From assembly GCA_036172245.1 (NCBI GenBank), contig JAYWIR010000040.1, positions 62,001 through 126,000 of the forward strand: a DNA stretch of 64,000 nt. Direction: 5' to 3'. Shown here piece by piece: positions 21,977 to 32,926 of the stretch; position 1 is the stretch's first letter; every line of letters begins with the position of its first letter. Below the pieces are notes generated by a model. The model saw only the letters and a list, made by a program, of their open reading frames with translations, made no database searches and was not told where the DNA came from. The position numbers and the translations under genes were made by a program. This stretch comes from Raillietiella orientalis (taxonomy: Eukaryota).

Positions 21977-23578
21977 ATGGCAGAAATGCCTGATCCCGCC
22001 ACTAGTGAATGTGGGGTGGGGGCCGGGCGAACGTTCCCCGTACCCATGGAGATAGGGTCACCTGCCCCGTAAGCTTCGTCCCCTGCGCCGGCGAGGGACT
22101 ACAGCGCCGCGGTCGCCGCGCCATCTGCAGCGGCCATCGCCGAGGCCCAGGCCTGAAAGGCCTACAACTACAACCCGAGTCTGCTGTATAAGGTAGGCCG
22201 GGTGTTTGATGACCGTGTGGCGCGCTCCTTCGAGGAGGAGCTCCACCGTTTGAACGTTAACAAGGAGGATCTGCTGGGTCTCTCCATCCGCAGCGGGGGA
22301 CAGCATGTCGAGTTGACCTGCAAAGAAGCAGGGTTGGCGCAAAGACTGCTGCGAACCCCCGTCAGGGTCGAGGGCCGCCAGATCTTCCCTGTCCCGGTGG
22401 ACAACTCAATAGTTGTCCACCTCCGTGGAATCACCGTGCGGATGTCACCGAGCGCCGTTAGGGCTGAACTCAGCAAATTCGGCACCGTACACGCGCTGTG
22501 GCTGAAGCCCAACAGGTTCCGTACTTATGACGGACTCCTGAGCGGACTCGCCGCGGCACGTGTGACTGTGAATAAGGACATTGGGGTTCCCCATAAACTA
22601 GTAGTCGACGGAGATTCTGTCGACATGTGGTATCTGGGGAAACCCAAATACTGTGCGTTTTGTGATGGTACGGGGCACGTGAAGAAACGCTGCCCCAACA
22701 TCACCTGCCGCAAGTGCAAGGCAATCGGGCACACGGAAGAAGTGTGCCCCAAAAAGACTTCGCGCGCGCCGGCTGCTGCCGTGAGCGGCAAGAATGCGAG
22801 CAAGAAGCCTGGCAAGACCAGTCCGCCGTCTGAAAATACGGTTGACCCGGAGCCAGCCAAAAAGGGCATCCCGACCACCCCGTCTGCAGAAACGCAGGCA
22901 ACCAAGGTGGAAGGAGAAGAGCCTGGCTGGCAAAAGGTAAGTCCAAAGAAAAAGAAAGAAAAAAAGGACGTAAATAATAAAAATAAAGTCCCTGCAAAAA
23001 CCGCGAAACCCGCGAAAAAGCAGGGACTGAAAAAATGCACGATCGTACTGGAGCGCCTTGCAGACGCCGAAGTGCCGTGCGAACAGGACGTTGCCGTGTG
23101 CAACAACGCTGACAGCCCCGTCGCTGTGCAAACAGCGTCCGAGGGCTGCGGCGAGGGGGAGAGCCGCGATGACGCGGGCTTTGCAAAAGCCACCGCCGAG
23201 CTCGCCGCCAGTCAGCAGCCTCCCGCAAAGGTCGGGAAGAAGGCCGTTCGACGTCCGGCCGAGAGGAGGGAGACCGGGACCTCGGACTCGGACCTGGAGA
23301 CCGGACACGCACCATCCGCATCTGCACCCCCGAGGAAGACCGGAAGGAAAATCCGTAAGCCGAGGAGGATCGTCTCCTCCGAGGAAGGGGAATCCTCCGG
23401 AAACGAGGGTGCGGCGAGCATGGGAGAGATGGACACGAGTCCTGAACTCCCACGATCGGTCGAGACGGAGCCGATGGAGACGGAGGGGGTCGTTGAGCCG
23501 CCCCCCACCGCACAGGAGAAAGCCGGCGTCCCGCCCCTAGGTGAGGCGGGAGACGCAGCATCACTTTCCCAGCAGTAA
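21977..23578 (+). pseudogene. ORF1 gag-like protein (family A)
   Basis: ATG at 21977 and two early in-frame stops. Knuckles CAFCDGTGHVKKRC and CRKCKAIGHTEEVC. Confidence 0.88.
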
Positions 23579-26500
23579 TGCCGTGACTCGCCACCTGCCG
23601 TCAAATACGCATCGCCAGCTGGAACGTCAACGGGCTTTGCGATGACGGCAGGAGACGAGACATAGCTGCCACCTTGCAAGCCTTCGACCTCGTGCTGCTG
23701 CAGGAGATCCATGAGATTTCTGCAGAACATGCGCGGGAGATCGAACGGATAGCAGGTGGTCAGCTTATGTGGCGATGCGGCCACCGCCGTACGCGCGGGG
23801 TCGCTTTCCTTCTGAAGCCTGCCTTACAACGCGCGGTGCGGAAAGTTCGTTTCGATGAGGCAGGTCGGGTCGGGCAAATCACCTTCAGGTGGTCCGACTC
23901 CATCAATCTCGTCGTCACGAACGTGTACGCGCCGAGCGGCGGTCACGCGCACGTGGCACGGACGGCGTTTTTCCGTGCGTTCAAACGCGAATGGCTGTCG
24001 GAGGCAGGCGCGCGCACGGCGCACCTGATAGCCGGCGATTTTAATATTCGCCTGCTATCAGGTGCGGCGAGGACAGAGGCCACCCCGGTCAACGAGATGT
24101 GCGCTGCGGTGCACGCATCCAACTTGTTATCCGGGGATACCGGGATGGAACGGAGCGTGGACCACGTCTTCCTCGACGATCACCTGCGCTGTCGCGTGGG
24201 CAGGCGAGGTAAGATACAGTCCGCAGTCTCCGACCACTCCCGTGTGGAACTCGTCATTCGCCCGCGCGCAGGGGGCCCCCCGCGCAGGCGTGGCGTCTAC
24301 CGGGGGACTGGCTGACCAAGCCAGGCGCAGCGGAACACCTCCGCGCGTTCTTGCGAGGTTTCAGCCTGCAGACGCTCGACGACTGGGACGATTTGAAAGT
24401 CTCGGTGCGAGAGTTCTGCCAACAGTTCCCCATGGACCGTCTCCCGAAAGGATTTGGAGAAGGTGTTCGGAACGATAGGGCTTACCTGCAGGCCCGTCGT
24501 TACTCCCGAACACCAGACGTCCGAAGACTGGCGGAATTTAAAGCCGGGGCCGAGCGGCAGGCCTGGCAATCGGGGTTGCCCAGCCTGCTGGACGACGAAG
24601 GCCAAGAGCACTCGGCCCCGGCAGAGGTGAGTAGCCTAGTGCACGGCTATTATTCTTCCCTGTACACCAGGGTGCCTCCGGACCGGGAATTTTCCCAATT
24701 TTTGCTTCCGGACGGTGCCCCGGCGATCGGGGAAGAAGAGAGAGTACGCCTGGACGAGCCTTTCACGATGGGTGAAATCATCACCGCAATCGGGAAGCTC
24801 AAAAGGCGGAAGTCACCGGGGGAAGACGGCCTGCCCGCGGAGTTTTTTCAGTGCTTCGCGGCGGAGCTGGCTCCCCTGGTGCAGCGGCTAACGCTGCTGA
24901 TCCGAGAGACAGGAGACGTTCCCGCCTCCTTTAGATCGGCACGTATGCGTCTCCTACCGAAAGGAGGAGACTTACGGAACCTCAGCAATTGGCGTCCGAT
25001 TATCGTACTGAACGCGGACGCCAAGCTGGTTGCGAAGCTATGGTCGGAGCGAATGGGGCGGGTGGCGGAAAGCTTCATCAGCCCGGAGCAGACCTACGCT
25101 GTTCCCGGGCGAAGCATGGACGCCAACCTGCTCTTCGCGAACACCTGGTTCGAACTTCAAAGAACCAGAATGAATGGAGGGAACAAGGTCGGCAGCCCGA
25201 TTTGCGGGACGTCCGCTGGTGGTTCGCGGGATAGTCGGGAGAGAGAAGGGGCCCTCGCGGTCGCTGTCGATTTGCGAAAAGCATTCGACAGTGTCGACCA
25301 GGAGCTCCTGCTGGAGCTTCTGGAGCGCTTGGGCTTCCCGGCCTCCTTATTGGCCTTTCTGCGCTCTTGCTGGCGCGACGCGCTGACCAACATTTCTTTC
25401 AGGGGAAGGAACGTGTTCGGTGTGCCGGTGCGCCGCGGGATACGGCAGGGTGATGGCTTGAGCCCCTTGCTCTTCAGCACCTACTTCAAGTTGGTGCTGA
25501 GGTCATTCAGGGAGACTCTTGGTCGCCTGCCGCGCGTGTGCCCAGGTACACCGGCCTTGGCGGCGTATGCGGACGATCTTCTGCTGCTGCTCCCCATGTT
25601 TACCCCGGCGTCGGCGGTCGAAAACTTTTTCGAGCAGCTGCGTCGCGGGACAGGACTGGAGGTGAACAGAGCAAAGTCGTCCGTTGTTGCAGTCGGTTCC
25701 TCGTGGGCAGGGCAGCTAGACTGGTCTCGATTGGGAATCCCCACGGTACGGTACCTTAAGTACCTCGGTGTGCCGTTGGGGGACTACTCCCCAGCGGAAC
25801 AATGGTCTTGCTGCCTCCAAAAGGCCGAGAGAGCGATCGGCCCGTTCCTGGATGGCAAGTTTTTTTTGCCGGAACGGGCCGTGGTGTTGAACACGTTCGT
25901 GGCCGCCCTTTTTCGCTTCTTGCTTTTTGTTTGCCCTCCACCCTGCGGTGTCAGAAAACGGACGAAGGACCTCCTCAGAATCGCCCTTTGGGGCAGAGGT
26001 AGGTCCCGAGTCCGTTTGAAGGACTTATGTGCCCCTCGTCGCGATGGAGGCCTCGGCCTCCTCACGCTGGAGCGGCTGGAACTGCAGCTGCAGTTCAGGA
26101 CTCTAGCTCTAGTAGCAAAGCTATGGAGCACCAGCTGGTGCAAGCCTGCACGACGCTTGGTTCAGCGAGCTAGCGGCTGCGCGGGACTGTCTACCTTCCT
26201 AGCGCGCCGCAAACGCCGGTACCTGTTCCACTGCGGACTGGCACTTCGGCGAGTGGCGAAGCTGACCAGAACGAACACCTGGATCTCCTCACAGCCCGCG
26301 AACGGTACTTCCTGGTTGCAGGAAAACCTTCGCACGTGGGCCCAGATCGAGGAAGCGAGCCCGGAGTTGCGGCAGCGAATGCTGCACTCCTATCATAGGA
26401 GCCGCTCGCTGCAGGACATCATCGTGCAGCCCGCCTTGAGTGCGTGGGCTGAGAGGACCTCCCTTGCCACAGCTCTGTCCCACCTCAAGGAACATCTGGG

Positions 26501-27197
26501 CAGTAGCCAGCCGGCCATGTGGGAGGTCCGGTGTACGATCAGGGACACTGAGAAAGAACAAGGTGGTTGGACCACGGGTCAGCTTGCTGATGCCGCGATC
26601 CCAAGTTCCCCACCGAGAGGACTGTTGCGCTGGGGAGAGCTGCTGTGCATCCCGCGGGATGAACTCGAGTGGCCCCCAGTGCTGAGGAATACTCGGGCCC
26701 TCCCCCTAAAGTGGCAGGAGTCGGCGTTCCTGGTGTTGCACTGGGGACTCCCCAGCAACGCCCGCCGCTCTCATTGGACGAGGGGGGTTGTGGACCCAAA
26801 CTGTGTCAGGTGCGGGGAACGAGAAACTCTCCCGCACCTGCTCGTTGACTGTGTTGCCCTCCGGCCCCTGTGGTTGCGCTTTGCAAGAGCCGTGGGTGCA
26901 CCCTTGCACGCTCCCAGAGACGTTTTAAAGCGCCTCTTCGTGCGCGACGCCCTTTCGCCTGCCGCAGCCCTTGCAGCCCTCTGCTGCCTACGAGGGATTG
27001 TAGCGGCTTGGAGCACCGCCACTGGTGGACCGAACGATAGGGACATCTTGTGCTACGCCCTGCGCTTCCTGAGGACGGCAGCCAGATGGACCCATTTGGG
27101 ACACATGCAGTTTGAACTTGCCGGCATCCTGCAAAGGATGCAGAGGACGTCTCCAGCGGAACGTGATCCCTTCCCCAACCCCTCCCTGCTTTTGTAA
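23578..27197 (+). pseudogene. ORF2 APE-RT-CCHC polyprotein (family A)
   Basis: ATG CCG TGA puts a stop at codon 3, and there is a frameshift near 24290. LLQEIH, NVYAP, AGDFN, SDH, KAFD, QGD, YADD, YLG and CVRCGERETLPHLLVDC are all present. Confidence 0.92.
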
Positions 27198-27360
27198 ATA
27201 GTGCTTTCTTTTTGCTTTTTTCTATTTGTCCCTTCCCCCTCCGCTGCCGAGTCGACCTTGGGAGCCTGCGTGCTGCCCACTCGGCGAGTTCAGAAGAACA
27301 TGTTCTGAACACTGTAGGGGCGATAGCCCTACACTTGCTTGTTTATTTTTTTATTAAAGA

Positions 27361-27390
27361 AATAAACGCCCCGGCGCACCCGGGTGTAAA
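27361..27390 (+). promoter_or_regulatory. Conserved LINE 3' terminus: AATAAA plus CCCGG-loop-CCGGG hairpin (representative of 15 copies)
   Basis: AATAAACGCCCCGGCGCACCCGGGTGTAAA; variants mark every Tx1-like 3' end in the window. Confidence 0.85.
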
Positions 27391-30300
27391 AGCAGTACCG
27401 ACTGTTGCCACTTCATGGGGAGGGTGCGCGAGTCCATGAGCACCGGGGGCCACTCGAGATGTTCCTCCGGAACATCCAGTAGCTCGCTTCAGCGCAAGAG
27501 TCCGTGTGGGGTGGTCCTCGGGGTCGCAGCGTTGGTGAGCTGACCCGTTCTCCAATCCGCGATCTTCTTTGCCTGCTGGCGATCTTGACAGTAACCTCCC
27601 ATTGTGCCGCGACGTCGCTGCCCAGATGTTCCCGTAGGGTAGGCAGTACTGCAGCAAGGGAGGTTCTTAGTGCCAACGCTCTCCTTCGGGGATTCTCGAT
27701 GATTTCTCGGAGCGTGCGGTGGGCATGCGGCCCGGACAGAGCTATTCGCTCGTGTTGCGGGCTCTGCTCCTGAATCATCGCCCACGTGCGGACGGTTTCC
27801 TGCAACCAGGTAGGACCGTTCGCGGGGCGTACGAGGATCCGCGCCGAGTTGTTCTCCACGAGCTTGGCCGCCCTCCGAAGTTGAAGTCCGCAGTGGCAGA
27901 TGGAGCTTCGGAGTGCAAAGTAGGACGAGAGTCCCGCATTGCCGGTGGCCCGCTCGACGAGGAGACGTGCAGGGAGGCACCAAGAGGTGCACCAATTTTC
28001 TGCCATAAAGGCAACAACTCGGAACTGGAGCTGTAGCTCCAGCCGCTCCAACGTCAGGAGGCCCAGACCACCATCCCGACGAGGAGCGCACAAGTCCGAA
28101 AAACGGACTCGGGGCCTCCCTCTGCCCCAAAGGGCGATCCTCAGGAGGTCCTTCGTCCTCTTCTTTCACTCCGCTGAGGGGGGGCAAACAAAAAGCAAGG
28201 GGCGAAGGAGGGGGGCCGCAAACGCGTTCCACGCCGCGGCCCGTTCCTGCAGGTAGAACCTGCCGTCTTGGAACGGGCCGATCGCCGCCTGAGCCTTCTG
28301 AAGGCAGCCGGACCACGCTTCCGCAGGGGAGTACTCCCCCAACGGCACACCAAGGTACTTGAAGTACCTCACCGTGGGGATCCCCAAACGGACCCAGTCC
28401 TGCTGCCCTGCCCACGCCGCACCAACTGGCATCACGGACGACTTCGCCCTGTTCACCGTCAGTCCTGTTCCCCGACTCAGCAGGTCGAAGAACTCCTCGA
28501 CCGCCGAAGCCGGGGTGGACATAGGGAGCAGCAGCAGAAGATCGTCCGCGTATGCCGAAACCGCAGGCGTACCGGGAAAATCGCACGGCAGGTGCGCCAT
28601 AGTCTCCCTGTACGCTCTCAGCACCAATTCGAAATAGGCGCTGAAGAGCAGGGAGCTCAGGCTGTCTCCCTGCCGTATGCCGCGTCGCACCGGTACGCCG
28701 TACACGGTGGATCCACTAAAAAAAACATTAATAAGCGCGTCGCGCCAGCTGGAGCGCAGGTAGGCCAGCAAAGAGGCCGGGAAGCCCAAGCGTTCCAGAA
28801 GCTCCAAAAGGAGATTCTGGTCGACGCAATCGAATGCTTTATGCAAATGGACTGCGACCGCGAGAACTCCTCTCCCCTCCCGACCATACCGTCCCCCACC
28901 GACGGACGCACCGGAATTCCGGTTGCTTATTATGCTCCTTCCTTGTTGGAGCTCTAACCATGTGGAAGCGTGGAACAGGTTCGCCTCCATACTTCGCCCG
29001 GGAACAGCATATGTCTGTTCCGGGCTGATGAAGATGTTGGCAACCCGTTCCAGAAGCTCTGCCCACATCCTGGCTAGCAACTTGGCGTCCGCATTCACTA
29101 TTGTGATGGGACGCCAGTTCATGCTCCTAAGGTCTCCTCCCTTAGGGAGGAGCCGCACCTTTGCTGAACGAAACGAGGTGGGAACGTCACCTGTTTCGCG
29201 GATCAGCAAGGTGAGCTGATGTACCAGGGGAGTAAGCTCTGCCGCGAAAGTTTGATAAAATTCCGCAGGCAGGCCGTCCTCCCCTGGAGCCTTTCGCCTC
29301 TTGAGCTTTCCGATGGCCGAGATGATCTCGCCCATCGTGAAAGGCTCGTCGAGGTTCCTTTTCTCCTCCTCCCCGATTGCTGGAGCACCTTCCGGAAGCA
29401 GGAGTCGTGAGACAGCCTGCTCCGGAGGCGCCCTGGCGTACAGGGAGGAGTAAAATTTCCTCACTATCCCGCGTTTCTGAGCGGGAACCGAGTGCTCCCG
29501 GCCCTGGTCGTCCAGCAAGCTGGCCGACCCGGATTGCCAGGCTTGCCTCTCGGCTCCCGCTCGATACTCTGCTAACCTGCGCATGTCGGGGGTTCTCGCG
29601 TAACGTCGAGCCTGAAGATAGCGCCTTTCGTTACGCGGCCCCTCCCCAAATCCCGCAGGTAGGCGATTCAGAGGGAACTGGTCGCAGAACTCCTAGACCG
29701 ACCGCTTGAAGCGGTCCCAGTCCTGAAGTGTCTGCATCCTGAAGCTCCGAATAAACGCGCGGAGGTGCTCCGCCGCGTCGGGAAACTTCAGCCAGTCCCC
29801 TGGCAGACGCCACGCTGACGAGGGGGGGCCCTTGTCGCGCGGACGCACTTCGAACATGATCCGACCATGGTCCGACAGCTCGGATGGTACCTTGCCGCGC
29901 CTGCCCACCCGAGAGCATAGGTGCTGATCAAGGTACACGTGATCGATGCTGATTTCCATGGCCGTGTCCCCGGCCAACAAGTTGCGCGTGTTCATTTCTG
30001 CGCACAACTCGTTGACGCGGTCGTTCAGTGTATCCGGCGCACCTGAAAGCAGGCGCAGGTTGAAATCACCTGCGATCAGGTGCGCTTTGCGAACTCCTGC
30101 ATCGGTCAGCCAATCGCGTCTCAGGGCAAGGTAGAATTCCCTTCTTGCCTTCGCCCTCAACGCGTTGTTTCCGCTAGGAGCGTATAGGTTGGTGAAGACC
30201 AGGTCGATAGAGTCGGACCAGCTGAGAGTCAGCTGACCGACGCGACCTGCGTCATCGAACCGAACGTCCTTTATTGCGGTCTCGATGGCTGGCCGAAGCA

Positions 30301-32256
30301 GGAAGGCGACACCGCTTGATTTCGCGGTGCCGCAACGCCACAACAGCCGCCCACCCGAGATCCGTTCGATCTCCCGGGCTTGATCTGCGGAGATCACGTG
30401 GATCTCCTGCAGCAGCACCAGGTCGAAGGATGCCAGGGTGGCGGCCACGTCACGCCTCTTGCCGTCGTCGCTTAGCCCGTTCACGTTCCAACAGACGATC
30501 AGAAGACGACGGCGAGAGGCGATTCCCGGCATTATGGCTGGGAAAGTGGCGTCGCGACACCTGCCGCGGGGCAGGTGTAGGACAGGTCCATCGGTACGAG
30601 GACGGAGGCCTCTTCAGGCGCCTGGGGTACCTGTTCGGCCTCCATCCTCACCATCCCCTCCGTGTCCGAGCGTGGAAGTCTCTCGGGCGACGGGTCCCGG
30701 GAGTTTCCCACGCTCATGGCACCCTCGCTACCGGAAGCCATCTCTTCCCCTTCGTCGGGGGAGACGATCTTCCGTGGCATTGTGGACTTTCGTCCTGCCT
30801 TTTTGCGGGGTGCCGCGGAGATGGATGCTGTGTTTCCGGCCTTCTCCTCGGGGTCGGAAGTGGCCGACTCCTGAGGGGAAGCCGGACGCCTGACGGGCTT
30901 GTTGCCAGCCTTGGGGGCAACCGGCTGGAACGAGGCAGCCAGCTCCTCCGCGGCGCGCTCGAAGGCGACGTCATCGAGCGTGGGCTCGATGACGGACGCC
31001 GCCGCCTCGCTCCCCTCCTTGTTGACTTTGTCAACGGAGGGTTGAGCAGGGGCGGCAGCGAGTTCTTTAGCGCCGCATTCGTCGATGTTGGGAATCCGTT
31101 CTACAACGACGCAGCAGCTTTTAATTTTTTCGCTGCGCAGAGCGGTTTCGCTCCGTTTCGCCACGTTCTTTCCCTTCTTTTGGGAGTTTTTCTTGGGGTC
31201 GACCTTCTACCAACCTGGCTCTTGCCCCTCGCCCTCGACCTTTTCGGCGTTTTTCGCCGGGGTCTCGGGGCTGGCCTTCGCCTTGGTGGCGGAGGTGACC
31301 TCCTTAGCAGCAGCACGAGCTGCCAGCTTCTTTCTCTTTTTTGCCGCGCGCTTTCTCGCGTTTTTCGCGGACACGACGCGGACTGTGTTTTGGGGGCACA
31401 CCAGACGGGTGTGCCCCGCTTGTTTGCATTGCTGGCACTGCACGCTCGGACACCTCATTTTAAGGTGACCAAAGCTGCTGCAGCAGCCGCAAAACTTGGG
31501 TTTCCCCACGTACCACACGTCAACGGATTCACCGTTGACGGTGAGTTTGTGGGGAAACTCACATCCCTCGCGAACCGTCACTCGCGCTGCACCCAGGCCG
31601 CCAAGCACCCCGTCGTAATCGACAAAAGGAGTAGGCTTTCCCACAGCGCGTGGACAGTTGCAAATTTTTCTAATTCGTTCCGGATGGCCTCCTTGGTCAT
31701 CAGGAACGTGATACCGGTCAGGTGAATGATCACCGACCGGTCTTCAGTAATGGGGAGAAGCCTCCGCCTGCCCATAATTACGGGGATTCGCAGAAGTCTC
31801 TGCGCAAGAGTTGCCTCCTTGCATATAACTTCCACAAATTGACCCCCGCTTCTGACGGACATAGCGAGAAGCTCCTCTTTTTGTACACCGAGAACGCGCA
31901 TCGCCTGCGAAAAGGCGCGCGCGTTCTCGGGAGAATATAAACCGCCTACCTTATATAGAAGGGGTGGGTTATACCCCTCCTCCAGGTAAGCGCGCATTTC
32001 CGCCACAGCCGCTGGTGTAGGTGTCGCACCCACGGCGTTCCAAGCCCTGGGTAGGGCCGGGGGCGCATCCATGCTGGCGGAAGCCTCCACTGATGCGGGA
32101 GCCCCCACCTCCATCTCTTCCGGGGGCAATGAGGTCATCGCCCCCGGATCCTCACCGGTGGTGGTATCAGGCATTGCTTCCTAATCCTCCACCCACACCA
32201 CGCACAAGCACCAACGGAAATGAAACTCAGGAGCAACGAAAAGAGACGTCCGCTCG

Positions 32257-32926
32257 ACGCTCCAGAATCTCCAGGACTGGGACCGTTTTAAGGAATCGGT
32301 CCGCGAGTTCTGTGAGCAGTTCCCCCTGGATCGCCTGCCCCCCGGATTCGGCGAGGGTGCTCGCAACCATCGGGCCTATTTACAGGCTCGTAGGTACGAG
32401 AGAACCCCTAATGTCCGTCGCCTGGCCGAGTACCGCGCCGGGGCCAAACGCCAAGCCTGGCAATCCGGGTCGGTCAGCTTGCTGGACGACCAGGGCCGGG
32501 AATGTTCGTCCCCGGCGTCGGTACGGCATCTCGTGCGGAGTTTTTATTCCTCCCTTTACGCCAGGGAACCCCCGGATCGAAACGCCTCTCGGCGCTTGCT
32601 TCCGGATGGCGCCCCGGCAATAGGGGAGGAGGAGATGGAAAGCTTCGACGAGCCTTTTACCGCCGGCGAAATTCTCACCGGTATCAAAAGGCTCAAGAGG
32701 CGTAAAGCTCCAGGGGAAGACGGCTTGCCCGCGGAGTTCTTTCAGAGCTTCGCGGAAGAGCTGGCACCCCTGCTGCTTAAGTTGATCAGGCTGTTCCGAG
32801 ACGAAGGCGATGTTCCCGCCTCGTTTCGGTCAGCCAGAGTGAGGCTCCTTCCGAAAGGGGGAGACCTCAGGGATTTAAAGAACTGGCGTCCGATCACGAT
32901 CGTGAATACGGACGCCAAGTCGATAG
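32257..32926 (+). mobile_element. Family C copy 1, linker and RT N-terminal segment
   Basis: QDWDRFKESVREFC...KAPGEDG...WRPITIVNTDAK is colinear with C3 (57188-58903), and is cut by the G1 3' end. Confidence 0.88.

Larger units (their letters stand above)
21895..27390 (+). mobile_element. Full-length Tx1-like LINE family A (about 5.5 kb), antisense within D1
   Basis: 5' CGACCACGGTCAGACGTG, ORF1, TAATG at 23576-23580, ORF2, and 3' AATAAA-hairpin. D sequence resumes on both sides (short imperfect TSD AG(T/C)AG). Confidence 0.93.
21241..32256 (-). mobile_element. Full-length Tx1-like LINE family D, copy 1 (about 5.5 kb), with A nested at 21895-27390
   Basis: 17-bp TSD with 2 mismatches: ACGCTCCGGAAACTCCA (21224-21240) and ACGCTCCAGAATCTCCA (32257-32273). 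ORF1 32174-30532; TAATG at 30534-30530; APE 29693-30532; RT with YADD 28166-29584; C-terminus 21454-21888. Confidence 0.92.

Noticed and set aside
21977..23586. In-frame stops early in ORF1/ORF2 suggesting readthrough or an alternative genetic code
   Set aside because: The stops are of all three types, occur with frameshifts, and are absent from paralogs except where segments are duplicated. This is ordinary decay.
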